A DNA stretch of 58,279 bases from a candidate division FCPU426 bacterium. GTDB taxonomy: Bacteria; Oederibacteriota; Muellerivitia; Muellerivitales; Muellerivitaceae. The translations under genes were made by a program, and so were the position numbers. The notes under the pieces were generated by a model, which ran no database searches, was not told the origin of the DNA, and saw only the letters and a program-made list of their open reading frames with translations. This document shows, in pieces, positions 41,262 to 50,963 of the stretch. The stretch covers positions 1-58,279 of the forward strand of contig CAWHOE010000052.1 in assembly GCA_963830915.1 (NCBI GenBank), read 5' to 3'. The number at the start of each line of letters is the position of its first letter. The stretch's first letter is position 1.

Positions 41262-42329
41262 ATGGTCTCTTTAGCCGCGAACATCATAGGGATGGTGACG
41301 GACATACTGCACGCGCTCTACGTCCTGGTCGGGTTGTCCTTTTGGGCGGCCCAGATGGATATCGTGGTGGTCGTGGTGGTCATGTTCGGTTTCACTTCCG
41401 TCTTCGTCATGTTCCTCGTTTGGATGGAACGCAAGGTTTCCGCCCGCATGCAAAGCCGTCTGGGCCCCAATCGGGTGGGCCCTTTTGGCCTTCTTCAGAC
41501 CATGGCCGACGCCATCAAACTCACCATCAAAGAGGACGTCCAACCGGTCCATCGGGATAAGATCCCCTATTTCATCGCTCCCATCGTGGCTTTTGTCGCC
41601 ACCTTCATGGGATTGGTGGTCATCCCCTTCGATAAAGGCATGGTGGTCCAGGACTTGAACATCGGGATCCTCTATGTCATCGCCATCACCAGTTTCACGG
41701 TCATCGCCATCCTGACCGCCGGGTGGAGTTCGAACAATAAATTCGCCCTTCTGGGCGGGTTCCGTTCCTCCGCTCAGATCATCAGCTACGAGGTCCCCCT
41801 GGTCCTTTCCCTGGTCCCCATCATCATGACCACGGGCACCCTCAGTCTCAACGGCATCGTGCTGTATCAGCAACAGCACGGAACCTGGTTCATCATTCCC
41901 CAGATCGTCGCCTTTTTCATCTTCATCACCTCGGCAACCGCCGAGGCCAATCGGGCGCCCTTCGACATTCCGGAGGCCGAGTCGGAGCTCATCGGCGGTT
42001 TCCATACGGAATATTCGGGCGTCAAGTTCGCCATGTTCTTCCTGGGGGAATACGTGGCCATCATCGTCTCCTCGGCCGTCGCCGCCACGCTTTTCCTGGG
42101 CGGCTGGCTTCCGCTTCCGTTCCTGTCTTCTCTCCCGGTCCCAGGTTTCGTTTGGTTCATGCTGAAACTCCTATTCATCATTTTCATCGTCATGTCGTTC
42201 CGTTGGACCTTCCCGCGCCTGAGGGTGGACCAGCTGATGGATTTCGGGTGGAAAGTATTGATACCCATCGCCATCTTGAACATACTGGCGACCGGTTTCA
42301 TATTGCTTTTGACGGCCAAAGGGGCTTGA
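41262..42329 (+). CDS. nuoH: NADH-quinone oxidoreductase subunit H
   Basis: ERKVSARMQSRLGPNRVGP, ADAIKL..KE, NRAPFDIPEAESEL, PRLRVDQL. Confidence 0.96.
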   Translation: MVSLAANIIGMVTDILHALYVLVGLSFWAAQMDIVVVVVVMFGFTSVFVMFLVWMERKVSARMQSRLGPNRVGPFGLLQTMADAIKLTIKEDVQPVHRDKIPYFIAPIVAFVATFMGLVVIPFDKGMVVQDLNIGILYVIAITSFTVIAILTAGWSSNNKFALLGGFRSSAQIISYEVPLVLSLVPIIMTTGTLSLNGIVLYQQQHGTWFIIPQIVAFFIFITSATAEANRAPFDIPEAESELIGGFHTEYSGVKFAMFFLGEYVAIIVSSAVAATLFLGGWLPLPFLSSLPVPGFVWFMLKLLFIIFIVMSFRWTFPRLRVDQLMDFGWKVLIPIAILNILATGFILLLTAKGA

Positions 42330-42330
42330 G

Positions 42331-42849
42331 ATGGATAAATTCCTAAATTATTTCCCGGGAATATTGAAAGGCATCTGGAACCTGTTAGTGGGCCTGTCGG
42401 TCACGGTCCGCACCATGTTCGGGAAGACGAACACCCAGCAATATCCCGAGGAGAGGCCGGCGATGCCGGTGAGAAGCCGCAGCATGATCAAGCTGATCTA
42501 TGACGGCGAGAAGGACCAGTTCAACTGTGTGGCCTGCATGATGTGCGCCAAGGCCTGTCCTAATAGCTGCATCAAGCTGGAAGGCGTCCGCATGCCCGAC
42601 GGCAAAAGACGCATGACCACCTTCAAGCTCGATTTCTCCACCTGCATCTTCTGCGGTTACTGTGTGGAGGCTTGCGGGTTCGACGCCTTGACCTTTGTCC
42701 CCAATGAGTATGAAAACACCGTCTACAAACGGGGAAGCCTCTTGCAGGATGAGCAGGCGATGAAATGGGTCCGTCCAGCCCATTTGGCGCCCAAAACGGA
42801 AGAACCCGCGCCGGCGGCCGTTCCGGCGGCCCAGGGAGCCCCGCAATGA
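42331..42849 (+). CDS. nuoI: NADH-quinone oxidoreductase subunit I
   Basis: TQQYPEE; two CxxCxxCxxxC [4Fe-4S] motifs. Confidence 0.93.
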   Translation: MDKFLNYFPGILKGIWNLLVGLSVTVRTMFGKTNTQQYPEERPAMPVRSRSMIKLIYDGEKDQFNCVACMMCAKACPNSCIKLEGVRMPDGKRRMTTFKLDFSTCIFCGYCVEACGFDALTFVPNEYENTVYKRGSLLQDEQAMKWVRPAHLAPKTEEPAPAAVPAAQGAPQ

Positions 42850-43403
42850 CCATGACCACCACGCTCTTTTATATCCTGGCCGGGGTCATCACGGCGTCCG
42901 CCCTGATGGTCGTGACCCTCCGTAATCTTTTCCATTGCGCCCTTTTCCTGGCGGTGACCATGCTCGGCATTTCGGGTGTGTTCCTTTACCTGGGATCGGA
43001 ATTCCTGGCGGCGGTCCAGGTGCTCATCTATGTCGGCGCCGTGACGGTCCTGGTCATTTTTGGGATCATGCTGACCCGTAACGTCATGGACGAAAAGGCC
43101 AAGGCCATGAATACCCAGCTCCTGCCGGCTCTGGTCGTGGCGATCGTCCTGGGGTTGATCACTTTCCTGGCCGTTTCGAATTCCTCGTTCCAGTGGACCG
43201 ATCACCCGACCGCGGCCATGAAAACCGCGTCTTCGATCCCTTCGCCCGCCCCGGCGGAAGTGAAGGCCAATGATGTTTACACCCTGGGACCGGAACTGAT
43301 CTCCCCGGATAACGGGTTCGCCTTCGCTTTTGAGTTGGTATCCATACTCCTGTTATCGGCCCTGGTCGGGGCCATCGTGGTCGCTCGAAAGGACACGACA
43401 TGA
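42846..43403 (+). CDS. nuoJ: NADH-quinone oxidoreductase subunit J
   Basis: EFLAAVQVLIYVGAV.VL..F.IML, FELVSILLL.ALVGA; ATG 42846 overlaps the nuoI stop. Confidence 0.93.
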   Translation: MTMTTTLFYILAGVITASALMVVTLRNLFHCALFLAVTMLGISGVFLYLGSEFLAAVQVLIYVGAVTVLVIFGIMLTRNVMDEKAKAMNTQLLPALVVAIVLGLITFLAVSNSSFQWTDHPTAAMKTASSIPSPAPAEVKANDVYTLGPELISPDNGFAFAFELVSILLLSALVGAIVVARKDTT

Positions 43404-43714
43404 TCCAGGTTCCCACGGTCCATTTCCTCTATCTTTCCGCGATCCTTTTCGGTATCGGCGTCTTTGGCGTTCTGGCCCGGAAGAACGCTATCTCGGTGTT
43501 GATGGGCATCGAGCTGATGCTTAACGCCGTGAACATCAATTACCTGGCCTTCACGAAATATTGGGGGAACGGGAACTACAACGGGACGGTTTTCGTGGTC
43601 TTCATCATCACCATCGCGGCGGCCGAGGCGGCGGTGGCTTTGGCCATCATCATCTCCATCTATCGTCAGACGCGTAATGTGAACGTCGATGAGGTAAATT
43701 CCCTTCGGGGTTGA
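43400..43714 (+). CDS. nuoK: NADH-quinone oxidoreductase subunit K
   Basis: IELMLNAVNIN, AAAEAAVALAI. Confidence 0.95.
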   Translation: MIQVPTVHFLYLSAILFGIGVFGVLARKNAISVLMGIELMLNAVNINYLAFTKYWGNGNYNGTVFVVFIITIAAAEAAVALAIIISIYRQTRNVNVDEVNSLRG

Positions 43715-43740
43715 ATGAAGTTGGAAGTTTAAAAAAATAT

Positions 43741-43780
43741 CTTTGGTTGTTCTTGGTGCCCTTGGTGCCTTGGTGGTTAG
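43741..43780 (-). repeat. Short interspersed ACCACCAAGGCACCAAGGGCACCAAG-type repeat in the nuoK-nuoL spacer
   Basis: Three CTTGGTG units on + (rc: AACCACCAAGGCACCAAGGGCACCAAGAAC). Confidence 0.55.
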
Positions 43781-43810
43781 AATGTTTTTAATTTTCTTCA
43801 AGGAATAGGA

Positions 43811-45688
43811 ATGATCCAGTATTCGTGGTTGATCCCGGTCCTGCCGGCCCTCATGTTCCTGGTCATAGCGGTATTCACCCGTAAGTCCCGGGGTTTATCC
43901 GCCTTTTTATCCATCTTGACCATGGCGGCATGCTTCGCCATTTCCCTGGGTATCCTCCTTCAACTGCTGAGCCTTGATCCGGCCGCCCGGATGATCACCA
44001 TGAGTTTCACTTGGCTATCCATTCCGCCCTGGGAAGCGTCCATGGGCATCCTCATCGACCCGCTCTGCGCGGACATGTTATTGGTGGTGACCCTGGTCTC
44101 CCTGCTGGTCCAGATCTACTCGGTGGGCTATATGAAGGAGGACGAGAGGTTCTCCACCTACTTCTCCTATCTCTCCCTCTTTTCCGCTTCCATGCTCCTG
44201 CTGGTGCTATCCAATAACTTCCTCCAGCTCTTCATCGGCTGGGAACTGGTCGGTCTATGCTCCTACCTGCTCATCGGGTTCTGGTATTTCAAACCCGAAG
44301 CCGCCAACGCCTGCAAGAAAGCCTTCGTGGTCAACCGGATCGGCGACATGGGTTTCCTCATCGGCGTGGTGACCATCGGCATGATGTTCCAGACCTTCGA
44401 TTTCGCCAAGGTCCAGGACCTGGTGACCACTGGGCTGGCCAACGGCACGTACCAGGCCTCCTTCATCGCCGGCATCGCCCTCCTGCTCTTCTGCGGGGCG
44501 GTGGGGAAGAGCGCCCAGTTCCCGCTCCATGTCTGGCTTCCCGACGCCATGGAAGGCCCGACCCCCGTTTCCGCCCTCATCCACGCGGCCACCATGGTGG
44601 CGGCCGGCGTCTATATGGTAGCCCGCACCTACCTGCTTTTCTCCGCCGATCCCATGGCCATGACCGTGGTGGCTTACACGGGTGCTTTCACCGCGATCTT
44701 CGCGGCCTCCATCGCCCTGGCCCAGGACGACATCAAGCGCATCCTGGCCTATTCGACCCTTTCCCAATTGGGCTACATGATGCTGTCCCTGGGGGTGGGC
44801 GGGTTCACGCCCGGGATGTTCCACCTCACCACCCACGCCTGCTTCAAGGCCCTGTTGTTCCTGGGGGCGGGAAGCGTCATCCACGCCATGCACACCAACG
44901 ACATCTGGAAGATGGGAGGCCTGTGGCGCAAGATGAAGGTCACCACCATCACCTTCGCCATCGCCACGCTGGCCATCTCGGGCATCTATCCACTGGCGGG
45001 TTTCTGGTCCAAGGACGCGATCCTGGACGCCATTTACCACAGCCAGGTGCCCTATCATGAGGCGCTTTATTACACGGCCGTTTTCACGGCTTTCCTGACG
45101 GCGTTCTATATGTGCCGGTTGTTCTTCGTGGTTTTCCTGGGTGAGCCCCGGGACGCTCACGCGCATGACCACGCCCATGAGTCGCCCCTCTTCATGACCA
45201 TCCCCTTGATGGTCCTGGCCCTCCTATCCATCAGCGTCGGCTGGCTCAACCTGCCGGGTTTCGACGGCTTTTCCAAGTTCCTGCATTACGGGGAATACCA
45301 CGAGGAAGTCTTCAATTGGTCCATGGCCGGGTTCTCCCTGGCCGTCGCCATCCTGGGTATCCTCCTTTCGGCTTCTTTTTATTACTGGAAGGCCCTGTCG
45401 GCGGAAAGAACGGCCCAAACTTTCCGCCCCCTCTACCTTCTCCTGAAGAACAAATATTACGTGGATGAATTTTACGGATGGATCGTCGACAAGATCCTTT
45501 TCGGCGTCGCGACACTTTGCGCCTGGTTCGATGACAATGTGGTGGATGACGGCATGGTGGACGGCGCCGGATGGGTGGCGCGCAAATTGGGGGGGCTGTT
45601 CCGTCTGACCCAGACCGGCTCGGTCCAGAATTACGCCCTGGTCATTTTCGGCGCGATCGCCGTCATTTTTCTGCTGATAAGCTTCTGA
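43811..45688 (+). CDS. nuoL: NADH-quinone oxidoreductase subunit L
   Basis: GWELVGLCSYLLIGFW, KSAQFPLHVWLPDAMEGPTPVSALIHAATMV, QTGSVQNY. Confidence 0.97.
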   Translation: MIQYSWLIPVLPALMFLVIAVFTRKSRGLSAFLSILTMAACFAISLGILLQLLSLDPAARMITMSFTWLSIPPWEASMGILIDPLCADMLLVVTLVSLLVQIYSVGYMKEDERFSTYFSYLSLFSASMLLLVLSNNFLQLFIGWELVGLCSYLLIGFWYFKPEAANACKKAFVVNRIGDMGFLIGVVTIGMMFQTFDFAKVQDLVTTGLANGTYQASFIAGIALLLFCGAVGKSAQFPLHVWLPDAMEGPTPVSALIHAATMVAAGVYMVARTYLLFSADPMAMTVVAYTGAFTAIFAASIALAQDDIKRILAYSTLSQLGYMMLSLGVGGFTPGMFHLTTHACFKALLFLGAGSVIHAMHTNDIWKMGGLWRKMKVTTITFAIATLAISGIYPLAGFWSKDAILDAIYHSQVPYHEALYYTAVFTAFLTAFYMCRLFFVVFLGEPRDAHAHDHAHESPLFMTIPLMVLALLSISVGWLNLPGFDGFSKFLHYGEYHEEVFNWSMAGFSLAVAILGILLSASFYYWKALSAERTAQTFRPLYLLLKNKYYVDEFYGWIVDKILFGVATLCAWFDDNVVDDGMVDGAGWVARKLGGLFRLTQTGSVQNYALVIFGAIAVIFLLISF

Positions 45689-45708
45689 TCCTTCGGAGGA
45701 TTTAAATA

Positions 45709-47286
45709 ATGTTATCTGTTATCCCGACCATCCTGGTCCCGTTCCTGGCGGCCTTCTTTTTCTTCCATTCGCCCGAACTGGGTCCTAATCCATTGCCCCT
45801 ATTGACCACCTTCATCCTCATCCCGACCCTGTCGGCTCTCCTCATCATGGCCTCGCCGGTCAAGTGGACCCGTTGGATCAGCCTGTTCCTCGCCTCGCTG
45901 GAACTGGGATTGGCTTTCAAGGTCTTTTTCATCTATTCCATCGCCAAGGGCGGGTTCCAGTTGGTGGAGGAAGTACCCTGGCTTTCCAATCTGGGCATCA
46001 ACTACCTGCTGGGCGTGGACGGCATGAGCGTCCTGATGGTGGTGCTGGTGGCCTCGGTCTACTTCGCCGGTTCGCTCATTTCCTGGAACATCACCCTGCG
46101 CATGAAAGAGTATTTCGTCCTCTTCTCGCTGTTGGTCGGCGGGGTCGCGGGCGCTTATGTCAGTTTGGACCTATTCTTCTTTTTCCTGTTCTACGAATTC
46201 GCCGTTCTGCCCATGTATCTGTTGGTGGGCATCTGGGGAAGCGGACGCAAAGAATACGCCGCCATGAAATTGACCGTTTATCTATTGGCGGGATCTGCCT
46301 TCATGCTGGTGGGTTTTCTGGCCATGTACTTCGCTTCCGGCGTCCATACCTTCGATATCCGCGTCCTGGCGGACCTGGCCAAGACCGGCTTCAACCCGGA
46401 CTTCCAGAAGACCTGGTTCCCCCTGTTGTTCATCGGTTTCGGCGTCATCGCGGCCCTTTTCCCGTTCCATACCTGGTCCCCGGACGGATACGGCTCGGCC
46501 CCCACGGCGGCCTCCATGCTCCACGCGGGTGTGTTGAAGAGCCTGGGCGGTTATAGCATCATCCGGGTGGCGGTCACGGCCCTCCCGACCGGCGCCAAAT
46601 ACTGGCTTCCTTATCTGGCCTTCCTGGCCATCTTCGGCATGCTTTACGCCACCCTGGTCGCCCTGAAACAGAAGGACTTCAAATACGTCATCGCCTATTC
46701 TTCCGTGTCCCACTGCGGGGCCATTCTCTTCGGTATCTGCACCCTTCAGGTCGCAGGTCTTAACGGGGCCGTCATCCAGACCCTGTCCCACGGCATCGTG
46801 GCGGCTATGACCTTCGCCCTCGTTGGAACGGTCTACGGCAAGGCCCATACCAGGGAATTGTCCAAACTGGGCGGGCTTTCGGCGGTCATGCCTATTCTGG
46901 GCGGTTTATTCGTGGCGGCGGCCATGGCGAACGTGGGGCTTCCCGGCATGAGCGGTTTCGTCGGCGAGTTCCTTATTTATCTGGGCGCCTACCGAAGCGG
47001 ATTCCATGGCGGGTTCACCATATTCCAATCATTATTCCCGCTGGCGATCGTCGCCATCGTGTTGACGGCCATTTATTACCTGCGCCTGGTCCAGATCGTG
47101 TTCTACGGCCCCCTGAAGGACCCTCATTTCAAGGACGAGGTCAAGGATGGGACGTTCATCGAGATATTACCTATCGCCTTCCTTCTGGTCATTTCGCTGG
47201 TGGTCGGTCTTTATCCTAAGCCCTTCGTCGATCTTTCCAACTCGGCCATCGCGCCTCTGATCGCCCAGATCGGGGGATTCAAATGA
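45709..47286 (+). CDS. nuoM: NADH-quinone oxidoreductase subunit M
   Basis: LGVDGMS, FPFHTWSPD, AYSSVSH, GLPGMSGFVGEF. Confidence 0.95.
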   Translation: MLSVIPTILVPFLAAFFFFHSPELGPNPLPLLTTFILIPTLSALLIMASPVKWTRWISLFLASLELGLAFKVFFIYSIAKGGFQLVEEVPWLSNLGINYLLGVDGMSVLMVVLVASVYFAGSLISWNITLRMKEYFVLFSLLVGGVAGAYVSLDLFFFFLFYEFAVLPMYLLVGIWGSGRKEYAAMKLTVYLLAGSAFMLVGFLAMYFASGVHTFDIRVLADLAKTGFNPDFQKTWFPLLFIGFGVIAALFPFHTWSPDGYGSAPTAASMLHAGVLKSLGGYSIIRVAVTALPTGAKYWLPYLAFLAIFGMLYATLVALKQKDFKYVIAYSSVSHCGAILFGICTLQVAGLNGAVIQTLSHGIVAAMTFALVGTVYGKAHTRELSKLGGLSAVMPILGGLFVAAAMANVGLPGMSGFVGEFLIYLGAYRSGFHGGFTIFQSLFPLAIVAIVLTAIYYLRLVQIVFYGPLKDPHFKDEVKDGTFIEILPIAFLLVISLVVGLYPKPFVDLSNSAIAPLIAQIGGFK

Positions 47287-48749
47287 TCCACTATTCGGTT
47301 TTCCTTCCAGAGTTATGTCTTGTTTCGGGCGCCATCCTGATCCTGATATTGGAATTGGTCCTGAAAGGCGATAATAAACAAACGGTCTTGAACGGTCTGG
47401 CGGTTTTATCCGTGGCCGCGGCCCTCTCGACCCTGTCCTATCTGATCTGCTTTTGCGGTTCCTCCTGTACCTGCGGGATGATCACCACCACCTTCGGCGG
47501 GTTCTTGAAGACCGATAACCTGGCCATCTTCTTTAAACTTGTCATCCTTTTGGCGGCGCTTTTCACCCTGTTCATCACATTCCGCCATTTTGACACCCAT
47601 AAAACCCAGCATCCGGCCGAGTTCCTGGCGATCCTGCTTTTTTCCACGGCCGGCGCAAGCGCCTTGACCTCGGCGCAGGAACTGGTGACCCTGTATATAT
47701 CCCTCGAAACCCTGACCATCAGCAGTTATCTTCTGGCCGCCTACATGAAAAGGGATGGTCGAAGCAACGAGGCGGGGATGAAATACCTCCTGCTGGGGGC
47801 CTTCTCCTCGGCCCTGCTCTTGTTCGGCTTTTCCTATCTGTACGGTCTGACCGGCACGACCCTCATCGAGGGGATCGGAAAAAGCCTGAGCTCCCAGTCG
47901 GCGTCGCCCTTATCGGCGCTGGCGGTCATATTGGTCATCGGGGGGTTGGCCTTCAAGATCTCCCTGGCGCCATTCCACATGTGGACTCCGGATGTTTACG
48001 AGGGGGCGCCCACTCCCGTCACCGCTTTCCTTTCGGTCGCCTCCAAGACCGCGGGTTTCGCCGCGTTCATTAAAATATTCTATGTCGGTCTTTCCTCGCC
48101 TTCCTTGACGCCCGTTTGGATAGGCCTGTTTTCCGTATTGGCCGCCATGAGCATCGTGTTGGGCAATCTGGAAGCCATCCCCCAGACGAACATCAAGCGT
48201 CTGATGGCCTATTCCTCCATCGCCCAGGCCGGGTATATCTCCATCGGCTTCCTGGCCGGCGGCCAGTTGGGCCTGACGGCGGTCCTTTACTATCTGTTCG
48301 TCTATCTTTTCGCCAACATGGGGGTTTTCCTGGCCATTGCCATCGTGACGGCCAAGACGGGGACCGAGTTGATCTCGGACTACGCCGGTATGTGGAAAAG
48401 GTCGCCGCTGATCGGGGTGGTCCTACTGGTGTGCCTGTTGTCCCTGGCGGGAGTGCCGCCATTCGCCGGTTTCTCGGGGAAGTGGTACCTGTTCGGCGCG
48501 GGTATCTCCAAGGGGTACACCTGGCTGGCCATGCTCGCCATGGTTTTCAGCGTGGTCTCGCTTTATTATTATCTTCAGGTCGTGCGGCAGGCGCTCATCA
48601 GCGACGCGAAGGACCCCTCGCCCATACCGGTGAACCTGGTGGAGACGGTCTTACTGGTGATCTGCGTTCTGGTGACCGTCACCCTGGGCTTCTGGCCTAC
48701 CCCGGTGATGAATCTAGCCCAAGCCGCCGCGTCCGCTCTTTTTCAATAA
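47283..48749 (+). CDS. nuoN: NADH-quinone oxidoreductase subunit N
   Basis: EAGMKYLLLGA, FKISLAPFHMWTPDVYEGAPTP, NIKRLMAYSSI, LSLAGVPP. Confidence 0.96.
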   Translation: MIHYSVFLPELCLVSGAILILILELVLKGDNKQTVLNGLAVLSVAAALSTLSYLICFCGSSCTCGMITTTFGGFLKTDNLAIFFKLVILLAALFTLFITFRHFDTHKTQHPAEFLAILLFSTAGASALTSAQELVTLYISLETLTISSYLLAAYMKRDGRSNEAGMKYLLLGAFSSALLLFGFSYLYGLTGTTLIEGIGKSLSSQSASPLSALAVILVIGGLAFKISLAPFHMWTPDVYEGAPTPVTAFLSVASKTAGFAAFIKIFYVGLSSPSLTPVWIGLFSVLAAMSIVLGNLEAIPQTNIKRLMAYSSIAQAGYISIGFLAGGQLGLTAVLYYLFVYLFANMGVFLAIAIVTAKTGTELISDYAGMWKRSPLIGVVLLVCLLSLAGVPPFAGFSGKWYLFGAGISKGYTWLAMLAMVFSVVSLYYYLQVVRQALISDAKDPSPIPVNLVETVLLVICVLVTVTLGFWPTPVMNLAQAAASALFQ

Positions 48750-48791
48750 CCAAAAACGTCATCATTATTTATAAAACACGCCTGGTAGTTC

Positions 48792-49487
48792 TCATATCTT
48801 CTCCACCATCGCTTTTAAAACCTGCACATCTTTGACGGTGACGTGACCCCATACATTGGAAACCAGCCCGGACCTCTCGAAACGGGAAAGGACACGGATA
48901 GTGGTCTCGACCGTAGTCCCCGCCATCTCCCCGATGTCCCGACGGGTCAGGGGGATGGTGTTGCCGAACTGGCCCACCAACCGCAACAACAGGTGCAGGA
49001 TACGGATATCCACCTTTTCATGGCTGTAGGCTTCCATTTCCTTGGCGTCGCGCAAAAGTCCGGAAATATGGGAAAGGACCGCCTGGGCCATTTCGGGGTA
49101 TTGACCCAGAAGGGTTTGGAAGACCGCTAAGGGGACCGGGATGACCGTGGTTTCGGTCAAAGCGATGCAATGACAGCCGTAATCCCTCTCGGTAAAAGCC
49201 CCCACCCCGAACATCCCGTTGGGGCCGACCAAAGAGAAAACCTTGATCTTCCCCTCGGCCGAATAATAAACCTCTTTCACATAACCCTGCTGGACAAACC
49301 AGATGGCCGCCGCCTTGTCGTCCTCCAGGAAAATGGATTCATGCTTGTCGAAATGGGCGATCTTTAAGCTGGATTCCAGGGCTTTGCGGGCTCCCGGGGG
49401 TAATTTCTGGAAAACGTCGATTTTCGCGAGGAAATCGCTGGTGGTCGTCTCAGGCGCGATGATCTTTGCCGTGTCTTTGGCGGACAT
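48792..49487 (-). CDS. Crp/Fnr-family transcriptional regulator
   Basis: cNMP-like domain; HTH LTRRDIGEMAGTTVETTIRVLSRF (ETxxR); ATG at 49487 after GGGGAGG. Confidence 0.88.
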   Translation of the reverse strand: MSAKDTAKIIAPETTTSDFLAKIDVFQKLPPGARKALESSLKIAHFDKHESIFLEDDKAAAIWFVQQGYVKEVYYSAEGKIKVFSLVGPNGMFGVGAFTERDYGCHCIALTETTVIPVPLAVFQTLLGQYPEMAQAVLSHISGLLRDAKEMEAYSHEKVDIRILHLLLRLVGQFGNTIPLTRRDIGEMAGTTVETTIRVLSRFERSGLVSNVWGHVTVKDVQVLKAMVEKI

Positions 49488-49808
49488 TTCTGCCTCCCCA
49501 GCGGAAATATTCAAAGAGGCCGACAGTCTAAAGGCGAGTGGGAGAAAATAGCCATAAGACACCGAAAATTTTTACGGAAAAATTACGGTATTAATTGCCT
49601 TATATGTGACCTATTGGGTTCTAAGTGTGATGGTCGCCCGGGTCCCTGACCCTTGTGGTTTCTTGTCATTTTGAATACCCCTGAAAAAGCGAACCCTTGA
49701 GGTAAAATATTTATCGTAATTATGGTTGGTTAAACAATCAGGGGGGCTTGTTTCAAGTCTGACGACCCGGTACCGTGAAACTACAAATCAGCTTTACAGG
49801 CGGCTGTC

Positions 49809-50921
49809 GTGAGCGAACCAGTGAAATTACCCAAATCCCCGGTCATTTTTATCGTCGATGACGAACCGATCAACCTGAAATTCTTGGAGCGGGTATTCGA
49901 GGACAAGGATTATGTCATTCGAACCTTCCAGAACGGTAATTTGGCCGTAGAAGCGGCCCTCCAAAACCCTCCCGACCTGGTCCTCCTGGACATCATGATG
50001 CCGGAAATAAACGGTTTCGAGGTCTGCGAGCGTTTGAAGAGCGAACCGACCCTCGTGGATATCCCCGTCATGTTCATCACGGGTCTCTATGACCTGAAAG
50101 ACAAGGAAAAAGCTTTCCGCCTGGGCGTGGTCGATTACATCACCAAGCCTTTTCAGCTCAAGGAGATACTCATCCGCGTGGAGACCCACCTGAAGATCCA
50201 TCGGCTCAAGACCGATGTGGACCGCCAGAACAGGGAACTTCAACATCAAGTCGAGGCGAAGGTCCAGGAGATATCCAACTCTCAAATAGCCACCATCATC
50301 GCCATGGCGAAGTTGGCGGAGATCCGGGATGACGAGACCGGCACCCACATCTTCCGGGTCCAGCGCTACTGCAAGGCTTTGGCCCATCGGTTGGCCAAAG
50401 AACCCGAATTCAAATCCCTCCTGACCGAGGACTTCATCCGGAACCTTTATCACGCGGGGGCCCTGCATGATATCGGCAAGGTCGGTCTGCCGGACAGCGT
50501 CCTATTGAAACCAGGTTCCTTGACGGCTGAGGAGCGGAAGCTCATGCAAGAACACACTGTCATAGGGGCCCGCACCCTCGGGGTGGTGGCGGCGTCCTAT
50601 CCGAATAATACCTTCATCCGGATGGGCATGGAAGTGGCCCGATCCCATCATGAACGGTGGGATGGGACGGGTTATCCCGATAATCTCATCGGGGAAACCA
50701 TACCTCTTTCCGCCAGGATCACCGCCATCGCCGACCAATATGACGCCCTTCGCAACAAGAGGATCTACAAACCCGCTTTCGACGAGAAGAAGACTCTGTC
50801 CATCATGCTGGAAGGCGATGGACGGACCATGCCGAGCCATTTCGATCCCCGCGTACTGGAAGCCTTCCGGTCCATCATCAAAGAATTCAACGACATCCAT
50901 AACGAGACCCAGTTAGGATAA
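49809..50921 (+). CDS. REC + HD-GYP c-di-GMP phosphodiesterase response regulator (RpfG family)
   Basis: IVDD, LLDIMMP, YITKPF; ETGTH, LHDIGK, HHERWDGTGYP, IADQYDAL. Confidence 0.93.
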   Translation: MSEPVKLPKSPVIFIVDDEPINLKFLERVFEDKDYVIRTFQNGNLAVEAALQNPPDLVLLDIMMPEINGFEVCERLKSEPTLVDIPVMFITGLYDLKDKEKAFRLGVVDYITKPFQLKEILIRVETHLKIHRLKTDVDRQNRELQHQVEAKVQEISNSQIATIIAMAKLAEIRDDETGTHIFRVQRYCKALAHRLAKEPEFKSLLTEDFIRNLYHAGALHDIGKVGLPDSVLLKPGSLTAEERKLMQEHTVIGARTLGVVAASYPNNTFIRMGMEVARSHHERWDGTGYPDNLIGETIPLSARITAIADQYDALRNKRIYKPAFDEKKTLSIMLEGDGRTMPSHFDPRVLEAFRSIIKEFNDIHNETQLG

Positions 50922-50963
50922 GAGAACAAAAAAACTAAGCCGTTTCAATGAAAGGGATCCAAA

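Noticed and set aside
39042..48835. Long antisense and off-frame ORFs over nuo (e.g. 39042-40070, 44255-45178)
   Set aside because: Shadow ORFs expected from high-GC codon bias opposite well-conserved genes.
49595..49650. c-di-GMP-I riboswitch-like fragment (GGGTTCTAAG...GATGGTCGCC)
   Set aside because: The required GCAAA/GNRA-capped 5' half is absent.
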